DNA of 64,000 nt from a virus: positions 3,064 to 67,063 of the IMG/VR virus record IMGVR_UViG_3300024581_002488; one strand, given 5' to 3'. The notes below the pieces were generated by a model, which had not been told where the DNA came from, ran no database searches, and saw nothing but the letters and a program-made list of their open reading frames with translations. Below are positions 44,456 to 53,500 of this stretch, piece by piece. The first letter of the stretch is position 1. Each line of letters begins with the position of its first letter. Both the position numbers and the translations under genes were made by a program.

Positions 44456-44653
44456 CTAGCTCTTTTTATGGAGCTCAGGCTGAGACAGTAAACGGAACAC
44501 GATAAACACTAGACCCATAAGGCGGTAAACCCATTCCGATGCTGTTTGTGGAACTACATTATCAGCCATCCACCACTCAGCAATGGTGTAAATAAGAGCA
44601 ACCTGAACTGAGTGCATCTTAAGAGCTGATTTCCAGTTATCAATAAGTTTCAT
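44456..44653 (-). CDS. holin-like membrane protein
   Basis: MKLIDNWKSALKMHSVQ N-terminus and two hydrophobic helices ending RLLSQPEL, typical of a small phage holin family; AGGAG RBS. Confidence 0.75.
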   Translation of the reverse strand: MKLIDNWKSALKMHSVQVALIYTIAEWWMADNVVPQTASEWVYRLMGLVFIVFRLLSQPELHKKS

Positions 44654-44671
44654 AAACTTACTCCTGAAGGT

Positions 44672-44747
44672 TGGCGATGGATGCGGGACTCGAACCCGCG
44701 ACTCCTTGATTAACAGTCAAGCACTCTACCAACTGAGTTAATCCATC
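44672..44747 (-). tRNA. trnN: tRNA-Asn(GTT), CCA encoded
   Basis: 76 nt: GATGGAT/ATCCATC acceptor stem, CTTGA-CTGTTAA-TCAAG anticodon arm, GCGGG-TTCGAGT-CCCGC T arm, G73 then CCA. Confidence 0.97.
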
Positions 44748-44907
44748 AACTCGAAAGGCTCTCTGTCCGGAGATACTCCTAGACTTCTAATCTCTTACCC
44801 GTCAATATCGTGGCAGCGGGTAACTTCTCACATCCACGCTAGTTTTGATTAGAATTTGAAAACCTTTCGAGTTGCCCTCTGCAGGCTTAGGAGGTCAGAG
44901 GGCTACC
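44748..44907 (-). ncRNA. candidate structured RNA abutting the tRNA 5' end
   Basis: 11-bp closing stem 44748-44758 / 44863-44873, inner stems TTCTAATC/GATTAGAA, TTACCCG/CGGGTAA, GGAG/CTCC; upstream hairpin GCCCTCTG/CAGAGGGC. Confidence 0.6.
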
Positions 44908-44910
44908 CGG

Positions 44911-45309
44911 TTAAGCTGTAGGGTCTACATCTTTACCTTTACCACCTTTGTCTGCTTTAGCAGCTTTGGCTTTGTCCGCTTTTTCTTTTGCTTTAGCCGC
45001 TTTTTCAGCAGCTTTCTTTTCAGCATTGCGGGCTTTAGTGATGTCACGTGAAGTTTGCACCTTCGGATTTTCTTCACGGATTTTGTTACGGTACCAGTTG
45101 ATGGAAGCTTTCTTAGTCTTCGCATCAGGGAAGGCTTTAAGCACTTCAGCTAGCGCTTCATCGTTGTCTTTACCCGCTAGGATTGCTGCAGTAGCAACAC
45201 TTGCGATAGTAGGACCTTCAGAAGGCTGACGACCGCGTGGCTTTTTCACATCGTCTTTTGCTTTAGCAGCGTCTGCTTTACCTGCACCTTTACCTTTATT
45301 CTCAGCCAT
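44911..45309 (-). CDS. Lys/Ala-rich DNA-binding protein
   Basis: GAGGA RBS; KKPRGRQ; helical domain GKDNDEALAEVLKAFPDAKTKKASINWYRNKIR; histone-like KA tail. Confidence 0.8.
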   Translation of the reverse strand: MAENKGKGAGKADAAKAKDDVKKPRGRQPSEGPTIASVATAAILAGKDNDEALAEVLKAFPDAKTKKASINWYRNKIREENPKVQTSRDITKARNAEKKAAEKAAKAKEKADKAKAAKADKGGKGKDVDPTA

Positions 45310-45399
45310 AATCGAGTTCCTCTTGTTTGTTATCTGCATCATCGCTTAAGTTGAATTAAACTATAAACACTCTTAGTTGAGTTGTTAACCAGCAAATGA

Positions 45400-46902
45400 T
45401 TATTTTGCTAAATACGCTTGGTCTATCGCGTCTAAGTAGTCTCGTAATGCTTGACCAACAACCGATTCACGTACTTGGGCCTTGGCAATAAGGTTCTCAA
45501 TAATTCTTGTTTCAATGAGTCCAGGGTAGATGAGGTCTGTGAGCCAGACTGAATCACCTCCCACAACAGTTGCTCTCTCGTTTGCTTGATTGCGCACTTC
45601 TGCGTTATAGGTATGTGAATACCAAACCATACCGCCCGCTGCTGAAAGGTTGAGACCTTCCCCCGCGGACATAGGCTGTCCGATGAAGAGTCGGGTTTTA
45701 GGGTCATCTCTAAAGCTATCGATAGCGTTGTTCTTCTCATCTTCTTTCACGCCTCCGTAGTAGCGTACTGGATTATACTGCTTAAGCTCCTTATACAGCA
45801 TTTCAATGTCATAACGGAAGTGACACCAAATGATTACCTTATCGTCAGTGTCTTCTAGCAGCTCTTTAAGCGCTATTACCTTTGGATTGTCTTTAGGCTT
45901 GATGATTTCATAGACTTCATTGGCCTCAGTATCCTTGATGAATCCGCTGGTGATTGTCTGCAGTTTGATATTGAGTGGACCGCCTTCAAGGATTTCAACA
46001 ACTATGTCATCTAGGTCCTGGGTTTGAAGCGTCACGCATAGTTCATCTATTGCTTCACGGTACTTGGCTTCTTGCTTCGGAGACAGTTCGAGGTACATCG
46101 GCTTCTCGATTAGCTCCGGAAGGTCTTCACAGTCTGAACGTCGCACTAAACTTGAGTATTTTGCAAGCTTCATGCGTAAGTTGTCCAGGTTCTTGTACTC
46201 TTTGAGTTTAGGGAACGTGCGGCCGCCCGCTCCATAGCCATCTTCATAAGTAGCATAGAAGTCTTTGAACTCAGCATACTTATCAAACCCAAGTAGACCT
46301 GGAGCAAGCAGTTCATATTGACTGAAGCACTTCAATGGACTGTTATCCATAACGGAACCGGTCAAGATACGCTTATGAGAGGCACGCTTTGCTAAACCCC
46401 TGGCTCGCTTGGTGCGCTTGGAGCCTGTTGTGCCAAACTTGTGGGATTCGTCAAATACTACCATAAAGCGAGGGTATCGTTTCATCCAGCGGATAATGTG
46501 TGCCTTACATTGGTCAAATTGCAATGAATCAATAGGGATAGTTAGCACACCCATCTTCATGCCTAGTATAGACTCAAGAGCCTCTTTGAACTCAGGCTGT
46601 CGAGCATCTCGCTTAGGATGAGAGTAATAGAAAGCATTGTAGGGAACACAATCCCAACCGTGAATAGGCAGCTCGCGGAGCACCCAGTTACTGTGTACGC
46701 CATTGGGAGCAAAGACCAACACACCATCAATCTGATTCTCACAGAAGAGATAACTAGCTTGGTCAATGATGAGCTTAGTCTTGCCGGTACGCATTTGCCA
46801 CAATAGGGCGCGGATTTTGCTATCTTTTGAAAGTTGAAACTCCTTATGCTGATGGGTATAAGGAGTTGTCTTCATTCGTGGGTCTGGTTTAGTCATTACC
46901 AT
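45400..46902 (-). CDS. SNF2-like superfamily 2 helicase
   Basis: MRTGKTK, VFDESH, ILTGS, GEGLNL, QANER motifs. Confidence 0.93.
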   Translation of the reverse strand: MVMTKPDPRMKTTPYTHQHKEFQLSKDSKIRALLWQMRTGKTKLIIDQASYLFCENQIDGVLVFAPNGVHSNWVLRELPIHGWDCVPYNAFYYSHPKRDARQPEFKEALESILGMKMGVLTIPIDSLQFDQCKAHIIRWMKRYPRFMVVFDESHKFGTTGSKRTKRARGLAKRASHKRILTGSVMDNSPLKCFSQYELLAPGLLGFDKYAEFKDFYATYEDGYGAGGRTFPKLKEYKNLDNLRMKLAKYSSLVRRSDCEDLPELIEKPMYLELSPKQEAKYREAIDELCVTLQTQDLDDIVVEILEGGPLNIKLQTITSGFIKDTEANEVYEIIKPKDNPKVIALKELLEDTDDKVIIWCHFRYDIEMLYKELKQYNPVRYYGGVKEDEKNNAIDSFRDDPKTRLFIGQPMSAGEGLNLSAAGGMVWYSHTYNAEVRNQANERATVVGGDSVWLTDLIYPGLIETRIIENLIAKAQVRESVVGQALRDYLDAIDQAYLAK

Positions 46903-47459
46903 AAAGCTGGTACCTTACTTCTTAGTGCTGCTTTTTCCTTAGCGCGGTTGATTCGTCTCTCGCGGCGTCGGGTGATACCATTCTCAATCTTCATTGGGAA
47001 CTCTGAATCACGCCATTGACGCATCTCACGCTTAGCCATTACATCGCAACGGTGATTAAAGAATGCCTGGTGGCTAGAGTGTTTAGGCTGGTGACCTTTG
47101 ATAGTCTTAATCTTGATAGCTAGAGCATCCATGATATTCTTAGCCGCTGTCACCAAACGGTATAGTTCTCGTTGTGCAGGGGTGATACGACGGAAAGCTT
47201 CGCGGATACCTGGTGCATCAGTGACGATAGTCACAGTGTGGAAAGACTTCAAGTCAAGAGTCTCAGAGGCATGTAGAACTCCCATGCATACTGCGATTAA
47301 TTCAGCAGTGACGGAGTTGCGAACAGTTAAATGGAAGCGGCCTTTATGCTTTTGGTAGGCCTTTTTGTCTTTGTCTTCTACAAGACAGATACCAAAGCCA
47401 GAGCATCCCGTGTTAGGACAGAATGAGCCGTCAGTAAAAATCCTCAGGTGGTTTTCCAT
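46896..47459 (-). CDS. rnhA: ribonuclease HI
   Basis: IFTDGS...AELIAV...IVTDA...IKGH...NHRCDVMAK catalytic D-E-D-H-D. Confidence 0.92.
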   Translation of the reverse strand: MENHLRIFTDGSFCPNTGCSGFGICLVEDKDKKAYQKHKGRFHLTVRNSVTAELIAVCMGVLHASETLDLKSFHTVTIVTDAPGIREAFRRITPAQRELYRLVTAAKNIMDALAIKIKTIKGHQPKHSSHQAFFNHRCDVMAKREMRQWRDSEFPMKIENGITRRRERRINRAKEKAALRSKVPALW

Positions 47460-47494
47460 AGAATTTACTCTGTTATTAATGACAGTATAAATAT

Positions 47495-47537
47495 AAAACG
47501 ACCGCACGCATCAGTAAACAAGCGAACGGTCGTTTTA
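47495..47537 (-). promoter_or_regulatory. inverted repeat enclosing the GTTCGCTTGTTTAC promoter motif
   Basis: AAAACGACCG / CGGTCGTTTT arms; TTTACT-N17-TATATT on the - strand. Confidence 0.65.
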
Positions 47538-47543
47538 GTAGGT

Positions 47544-49637
47544 TTATTTACGGTATCGTATACCTTGCCATCCTTCAGCTGCAACTGGACAGCCTTTACC
47601 CCATGGCGGCAATGTAGCCATCAGTTCTTCAAACTCCTGGTAGCTGCCGACGCCTTCATCACATTCAGCCAACAATTCATCGTGTACTGATGCGATTACA
47701 TCATATGAGGTCTTAGCAATACCTCGAATTGCATAACCCATGAAGTCACGAGCGATAGCTTGCACCACGTTCTCCGTAAGCTTTCCGCCGTAGGTATCTG
47801 TACGAACCCACTTCTTGGTCATACCGTCGACACTCATATAAGTCAGTGCATCGGTCGTTCCACCCCAAGGGAGCGACTTCTTCTTGACTCTAGGGTCACG
47901 ATAATAAAGCACACGGCCACTCGGTAGCTTACATCGTAAGAAGCCGTTGCTGAACTTAAAGAGCAGCTTGTCGCCGCAACGAACAACCTTACCTTTGTTT
48001 TTAACCGCTCTAATAGCACACTTCTCGATGTTTGACCAAAAAGCTTTCACTTTAGCATAGCGGATACGGTAGGCATCTACTACTGTTTGAGCTAGTTCAT
48101 CAGAGATGACAGTATCATAAGAGTCGAATAGTGTGAATTGGAACTTACTCCAACCCATTTGGTATCCAAGACCTAGAATCGCTTGCTTACCCATACGACG
48201 CTCTTCACCTTCTTTGTCAATCTCGTGGTATTCTTTATGGTAGATTGAGCAGGCCATATCAATATAGATGTCTTTACCGCTGAAGAATACGTCAAGGCCT
48301 TTCTTGTCGTTAACCAGCCAGATAAGAACTCGTGCTTCAATGGACGAATAGTCAGCCACAATTAGTTCTTTACCAGGGGCGGCCATGATAGCACCACGCA
48401 AGGCACTTGATAGGACTTCCATAACTGATAGCTTAGGACTCCACATCATCTCAATGAGCTCACGGTCGCCAGTACGAATGATTTCAGCGGCTGCAAATGA
48501 GCCTTTAGGTTTAAGGCTACCACGAGGGAAGTTATGCGGCTGGATACCTTTACCTGTCCAACGACCTGTACCAGCGCCATGATACATCAGCATGTCTCGG
48601 ACTCGTTGGTCTGGGACGAGTTTGTCTCGCATGCCTTTATACTTAGCAGTCGAGGAGCGGTTGATGTCAATACACAGCTCTAGGACTCGCTTGACGTTAG
48701 CGTCTACAGTAGCCATGGCTTCTTCGTTCTTCAAGGCTCGTTTGATAGTCTTACCTTTGGTGTCAGGTAAGTTGAGAGTACTATTCTCGTTCACGTACTT
48801 CAGCAAAGCTTGTCGCTGAGTACCTGCTCGTAATTTACCACCTGATACTTCATACAGCTCTTTATTGAGAATTTCCGTTTGTTCGGTAATAATATCAAGG
48901 GCTTTGTTTACCATCTGCGCATCGAAATACACGCCGCGCCAGTTAATTTCTTGGTCTATGAGCCAGAGCTCAAGTTCTTCAGGAGGGAGAGGTGGAAGAG
49001 TGTTAGATAGAGCTTCTTCCGCAATAACATCCTGTTTGCAATAATCAAAGAGCCCTTGGAACATCTCTCTGCTTTCATGCCACAAGATGGGCCAGTCTTC
49101 TTCAAACGGTCCATATTGCATCGCCAGTTCTTTTTTCTGAAGTTTAGTAGGTTTACGAGGCTTACACATTTTAAGCATAAGCTTTTTACCATCAGCGCTT
49201 TTCTGTTTATCTACATTCATGCCTAGTGCGCGAGTTGCACCGTCAAGGTCGCGAGGGATGGCACACATAGCTGCACGGGACGCAGAGCATCGCCACTGGT
49301 CTGCAGGCATCTCAGGCCAACCGTATCTTTTGACCATGATGTTTGTCCAGACACATCGCTCAAAGAAGGCATTATGAGCTTCTACTTCAGCTCCGTTAGC
49401 AATATCATTGAATAGAGCATCAAGAGCAGCTTGAACCATCTCAGGCGGCTCGCCAGAGAGTTCACACTCTTCAATGCCTAAGTGTGGAAAGGCAGGATGC
49501 CATAGAAAGGCTTCTACATCGCCTGGCCATTTGAAAGCCATACACAATGCTTCAGTAGTACTATCAAGGCTGTACTTATAGCCTCCTGCTTTCTTGAGGT
49601 CACAGGTAGACCTAGTTTCGAAGTCGATAGTAATCAT
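47544..49637 (-). CDS. polA: DNA polymerase family A (Chi-like) with 3'-5' exonuclease
   Basis: IDFETRS, AHNAFFER, YCKQD, TGRWTG, ADYSSIEAR, RRMGKQAILGLGY, VHDE. Confidence 0.97.
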   Translation of the reverse strand: MITIDFETRSTCDLKKAGGYKYSLDSTTEALCMAFKWPGDVEAFLWHPAFPHLGIEECELSGEPPEMVQAALDALFNDIANGAEVEAHNAFFERCVWTNIMVKRYGWPEMPADQWRCSASRAAMCAIPRDLDGATRALGMNVDKQKSADGKKLMLKMCKPRKPTKLQKKELAMQYGPFEEDWPILWHESREMFQGLFDYCKQDVIAEEALSNTLPPLPPEELELWLIDQEINWRGVYFDAQMVNKALDIITEQTEILNKELYEVSGGKLRAGTQRQALLKYVNENSTLNLPDTKGKTIKRALKNEEAMATVDANVKRVLELCIDINRSSTAKYKGMRDKLVPDQRVRDMLMYHGAGTGRWTGKGIQPHNFPRGSLKPKGSFAAAEIIRTGDRELIEMMWSPKLSVMEVLSSALRGAIMAAPGKELIVADYSSIEARVLIWLVNDKKGLDVFFSGKDIYIDMACSIYHKEYHEIDKEGEERRMGKQAILGLGYQMGWSKFQFTLFDSYDTVISDELAQTVVDAYRIRYAKVKAFWSNIEKCAIRAVKNKGKVVRCGDKLLFKFSNGFLRCKLPSGRVLYYRDPRVKKKSLPWGGTTDALTYMSVDGMTKKWVRTDTYGGKLTENVVQAIARDFMGYAIRGIAKTSYDVIASVHDELLAECDEGVGSYQEFEELMATLPPWGKGCPVAAEGWQGIRYRK

Positions 49638-49930
49638 CGTTGTTTAATCCTATCTAAGTCTTGAGGGTCAACTTCATTTAAGAAGTCTTCACCCAAGTCG
49701 GCTACAGTGTTCAAAAACTTAGCCCGATTGATTTCTTCTTTAGTGATACCGCACTTTCGACCTGCAGAATAGACGTTCTGCTTCAACGCATTACCGAGCT
49801 CAACTATGCGGTCAGCTTGTTCAATGCGTCGCCCCAGGTCTTTGAGAATCTCTTCTCGTGAGATGGCTAGTTCTTCGTAGTTAGGAATGTTAGCCATATC
49901 AGGGGTCTTAGTATTCATGTCACGTGGCAT
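49634..49930 (-). CDS. hypothetical protein
   Basis: GGAGG RBS; ATGA-coupled to polA. Confidence 0.75.
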   Translation of the reverse strand: MPRDMNTKTPDMANIPNYEELAISREEILKDLGRRIEQADRIVELGNALKQNVYSAGRKCGITKEEINRAKFLNTVADLGEDFLNEVDPQDLDRIKQR

Positions 49931-49955
49931 ATACTTACCTCCATATAAAATAATA

Positions 49956-49979
49956 AGCCAGACTCGCGTCTGGCTTAAT
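49956..49979 (-). terminator. hairpin terminator
   Basis: AAGCCAGAC-TCGC-GTCTGGCTT, T-rich on the - strand. Confidence 0.75.
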
Positions 49980-50005
49980 CAGCATTTATCTATGATTTTA
50001 TACTG

Positions 50006-50569
50006 CTAGATTTCGACTAGCTCTGTACAGGATTTAGAGGTAATCATAACCCCAACGAGTTTTTCTTTGACGCCTACAATATCTTCAAGTTCTGGACCCG
50101 CTAACACCGGTAAAAAGGCAGTATAGTAATATCCTTCAATGAAGCATTCGGCTAAGGGGTTGTCGATGCTGGCTAAATCAAAGCCGCCAATCATACCGTC
50201 TTGCTTCACCAACTCTGATGGGACGGAGTCCATAATCAAAGGGAGTAAAGGTACTGACGCAAAAGGTACGCACTCGGTTCCAAGCACTTCAACATCGCCT
50301 ATGTACTCATCGTTTGAAGGAGCAAATACAGAAACCCCTTTAATGTTGTGCATACATCCAATGCCCATGATGTTAAAGCCGTCGATTTCACTTTGACTGA
50401 CAGGCACTTCATGCATTACATTAGGAGTAAAACCGGTGCCGTTATATAGGTCTGAACCTACAGGTTTAGTAACAGCGGCAGTAGCTGCAAAGGCGAATAC
50501 TACAGCCATACAGACTAACACAATACCTAGAGCCAAACCAGACCCGTAACCTTTCATATATTTCATCAT
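50006..50569 (-). CDS. secreted / periplasmic protein with signal peptide
   Basis: MKYMKG + LALGIVLVCMAVVFAFA-ATA signal-like N-terminus. Confidence 0.72.
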   Translation of the reverse strand: MMKYMKGYGSGLALGIVLVCMAVVFAFAATAAVTKPVGSDLYNGTGFTPNVMHEVPVSQSEIDGFNIMGIGCMHNIKGVSVFAPSNDEYIGDVEVLGTECVPFASVPLLPLIMDSVPSELVKQDGMIGGFDLASIDNPLAECFIEGYYYTAFLPVLAGPELEDIVGVKEKLVGVMITSKSCTELVEI

Positions 50570-50582
50570 ACTTTACGTCCTT

Positions 50583-51101
50583 TTAGTTGTTAACGTTATC
50601 CATCCAGTCTGACATACCATCTCCGTGAGCAGGAGGAGTTTTAGGTTCGTTGTCAAGTAGGACTTCAGTGACAAACATTACTTTGAATGCTGGCATATAT
50701 TGCAAGTCAATATCCCAGGAGCGATGCTTATCTTTTAAAGCTGGAGTGTTGAACTCATCAGCTATCTTATCAAAGAATACCTGGTTAAAGTCTAACATAG
50801 CTTGACCGTGGGATTTTTGAATCTGCATGCGAGTTGAGTTGGCATCATTGATAACGCCTTCAAGCTCGGCACGTTGTTGTTCTAATACGCCTGCTCGTTC
50901 ATAAAGAGCGTCCAGCTCTTCATCTACTTTATCCATAGCCTCATGAGCTTTATCTATGGTCTCATCGTAAGGGGCTAAATTCTGAGTTAAAGCTTCAGCT
51001 CTTTCACAGGCTTCTTTAAAATAGGTATCAAGAGTGCCCGACTTTGAGCCTCCAGAGCCTAGCATTATCTGTATGGGATTTCGTTCTTGCTCAGTTGCCA
51101 T
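50583..51101 (-). CDS. coiled-coil hypothetical protein
   Basis: GAGGT RBS before ATG 51101; long heptad region. Confidence 0.75.
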   Translation of the reverse strand: MATEQERNPIQIMLGSGGSKSGTLDTYFKEACERAEALTQNLAPYDETIDKAHEAMDKVDEELDALYERAGVLEQQRAELEGVINDANSTRMQIQKSHGQAMLDFNQVFFDKIADEFNTPALKDKHRSWDIDLQYMPAFKVMFVTEVLLDNEPKTPPAHGDGMSDWMDNVNN

Positions 51102-51621
51102 CTTTAGTACCTCTAGCATCGATTTCATGAGACATTGAATTGACAAAGTGGCTCATAATAGTAGCCAAGTTGCCATTTAAAAACCCCATGATTTTAACAC
51201 AAAGGTTATGCACCTTAGAGCTGAGGTTCTTTAAAAAGGTATAGCATCGGCGGGAAACAGTACCGGTCGCGAAAGTACCTTCAAGCATCATACAGGTATT
51301 GCGCAGCATCATGCTCATACTGGCTAATTCGTACGCAGCCTTATAAGTAGGCTGGTTAATACTAATGTTGTGAGGTCGAGCCAATACAACTCGCGCATTT
51401 AAAATATCAGAATTTAAACCACGTACAAATTGGTTGAACTCCGGGGCAAGTAAAATAGCTTTCAATTGCTGCGACATCTTAATGCCTTCTGTATTTACAC
51501 GATTCGCAGAGTGTCTAATGCCGAGCTCATTTGACTCAGAAAGTCTAATAGCATACTTAGAATATTCATTCAGCACGCTTTGGATAGATAAGCAATAAGG
51601 AGTTTCAGGGTTGTTTTTCAT
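51091..51621 (-). CDS. hypothetical protein
   Basis: GAGGT RBS; promoter TTTACG-N17-TATATT upstream. Confidence 0.7.
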   Translation of the reverse strand: MKNNPETPYCLSIQSVLNEYSKYAIRLSESNELGIRHSANRVNTEGIKMSQQLKAILLAPEFNQFVRGLNSDILNARVVLARPHNISINQPTYKAAYELASMSMMLRNTCMMLEGTFATGTVSRRCYTFLKNLSSKVHNLCVKIMGFLNGNLATIMSHFVNSMSHEIDARGTKDGN

Positions 51622-51654
51622 TACGTTAGACCTCGATGCTTAGTTGATATTATG

Positions 51655-51692
51655 AATATAAACACTAACCGCTTAACCGTAAACAAGCGAAC
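51655..51692 (-). promoter_or_regulatory. promoter with GTTCGCTTGTTTAC motif
   Basis: 14-bp identity with 47514-47527; TTTACG-N17-TATATT. Confidence 0.7.
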
Positions 51693-51763
51693 AGCTTAAA
51701 ATGTAGATTTGTCATGATATAATTTCCAGCGTTCATATGTTCACATACTTAGGAGATTTGCAG

Positions 51764-52120
51764 ATGAGCAGTTCACGAATCTATACAGTCACAGGCGCGG
51801 TAGCAGACGGAGACTTTCTCTTATCTGACGCTTTAGGCGAAAAGATGAGCGACTCTTTCACTACAGGCGTCGTGTCGGTGACCATGTATACTGATGACAC
51901 ATTCTCAACCGCTGTAGCCGCTACCGCTGGTACTTTGACTGTTACAGCCACTGAAGATGGTTTTAACTTTGGCACTGTTGATAATAACGTTGTCGACTTG
52001 ACCGTTGCAACTTATTCTCGTCCAAGCTGGTATTCTCGAGTTAATGACCTTAACTTCGCCTGGGCAGGTGTTACAGGCGCCACTCATTTCCAAATTCAAG
52101 TTTGGCGTGTATCTAACTAA
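51764..52120 (+). CDS. putative virion structural protein (inverted cassette)
   Basis: AGGAG RBS; Thr/Val-rich beta-sandwich-like; TGATATAAT promoter at 51715. Confidence 0.72.
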   Translation: MSSSRIYTVTGAVADGDFLLSDALGEKMSDSFTTGVVSVTMYTDDTFSTAVAATAGTLTVTATEDGFNFGTVDNNVVDLTVATYSRPSWYSRVNDLNFAWAGVTGATHFQIQVWRVSN

Positions 52121-52132
52121 TAGGAGCTTATT

Positions 52133-53425
52133 ATGTCTAGTTTCCCAAGCATCCCCGGTCAAGGAGAAGGCGGTGCTCCTTTTGGAGGTGGTGTAAATGA
52201 TGCAGCTTTCGGTCCTAGTTGGAACGGAGACACTACCAATGCAGCGAGTCGTAATGCCATCTACGATAAAGTAGAGCCTATGGCTGCTGACATTGCCACT
52301 AACACTGCTAACATTTCTACCAATGAAACTGAAATCAACCAGTTGGACTCTCGAGTAGACGCTCTGGAGAATGCTGGTGGTGCAGCGCCTACGTCTGACG
52401 AAACCTATACTATTGGAGTAGGTCAGGACTATACGAGTATTCAGGAGTTCTTGAATGCTCATAAAAATCGTCCTCGTAATCAATACACTATTACAGGTAC
52501 TGTCCAGTTTGGCGACACAATATCGACTAAGGTTGAACAGGTTGGCGGGGACTTCACGGGAGTCATTGTTGAGCTTAGTGTCTTCGGCACAGACTGTGAC
52601 CTGACTACTTTACCATTCGAGTTCATTGAGTGTCACCCGGCTCCTGTCTTCACCACAGGCAAGATAAACACCACATCTCTTAACTTTGGTGAGAAGTTAT
52701 TCCATTACTACGGTTGTAGTGGTGCTATCGGAGGTTTGGAGGTAGATACAACCGGAGGAAGCGACCCTCAAGAAATCTTCTACCTGGAGCACTCGCGTCT
52801 ACTTATGCTGCCGTCGTCCTTCCCAACCTACAGCTCGGACAGTGACCATTTGTTCTATCTTACAGGTAGTGACTTGTACCTTGACACCTTTACGCTGGCA
52901 GGCAACTCCCGTATTGCCTATGCAGATAATGGCTCTCACATCCAGTCTGCCCGAGGCAGTGTGTTCCAGTGGGTTTGTACGCTATCAGGTACTGCGCCAA
53001 CTAAATCACCGATGCTGGAGGCTGTAGGAGGCAGTGCAATCAACCACGGTGAGGCGACGTACACTGGAGCATTCAATGGTACGTTACTTACTACTACGGA
53101 CTCTACTAGTCATAATATGCACTTCGTAGGAGGCAACGTCTTCTTCGGACTAGATACTACTGACTCTATTGTATATGGTTTAGACTTAGACATCTCAGGC
53201 GCAACGTTCAACACTGTTGACGCGACCGGGTCTGATGTAGGAGTAAACATTTCAAACATAGGTTTTGACGGTGGAGATATGGTCGCAGTGCGCTCTACAC
53301 TGAGAACCAATAAAGCTGATACCGTGACGTATTCTGAAGGTTCAATGTGTTACACGGAAACGCTTGTCACAGCAGACCCTAACAAGAACACTGTTAGTGA
53401 GGACGGAATACATATGACTCCTTAA
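52133..53425 (+). CDS. putative trimeric fibre / spike protein (coiled coil + beta-helix-like body)
   Basis: SWNGDTTNAASRNAIYDKVE anchor, IATNTANISTNETEINQLDSRVDALE coil, TYTIGVGQDYTSIQE cap motif. Confidence 0.75.
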   Translation: MSSFPSIPGQGEGGAPFGGGVNDAAFGPSWNGDTTNAASRNAIYDKVEPMAADIATNTANISTNETEINQLDSRVDALENAGGAAPTSDETYTIGVGQDYTSIQEFLNAHKNRPRNQYTITGTVQFGDTISTKVEQVGGDFTGVIVELSVFGTDCDLTTLPFEFIECHPAPVFTTGKINTTSLNFGEKLFHYYGCSGAIGGLEVDTTGGSDPQEIFYLEHSRLLMLPSSFPTYSSDSDHLFYLTGSDLYLDTFTLAGNSRIAYADNGSHIQSARGSVFQWVCTLSGTAPTKSPMLEAVGGSAINHGEATYTGAFNGTLLTTTDSTSHNMHFVGGNVFFGLDTTDSIVYGLDLDISGATFNTVDATGSDVGVNISNIGFDGGDMVAVRSTLRTNKADTVTYSEGSMCYTETLVTADPNKNTVSEDGIHMTP

Positions 53426-53447
53426 GTGAGCATTTTGTAGAAGCATA

Positions 53448-53481
53448 AAAAGAGCCTACACTTAACCATGTAGGCTCTTTT
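53448..53481. terminator. bidirectional terminator
   Basis: AAAAGAGCCTACA-loop-TGTAGGCTCTTTT between convergent genes. Confidence 0.9.
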
Positions 53482-53500
53482 TCATACTTAGGATTTAGCG

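Noticed and set aside
44748-44907. Second tRNA or a known self-cleaving ribozyme
   Set aside because: No TTC T-loop, anticodon arm or CCA, and no CUGAUGA/GAAA hammerhead core; kept as an unassigned structured RNA.
47544-49637. Intron or intein in the DNA polymerase, helicase or terminase
   Set aside because: ORFs are continuous and of normal length, with no intein C/S...HN motifs; the only homing endonuclease is free-standing (6198..6563).
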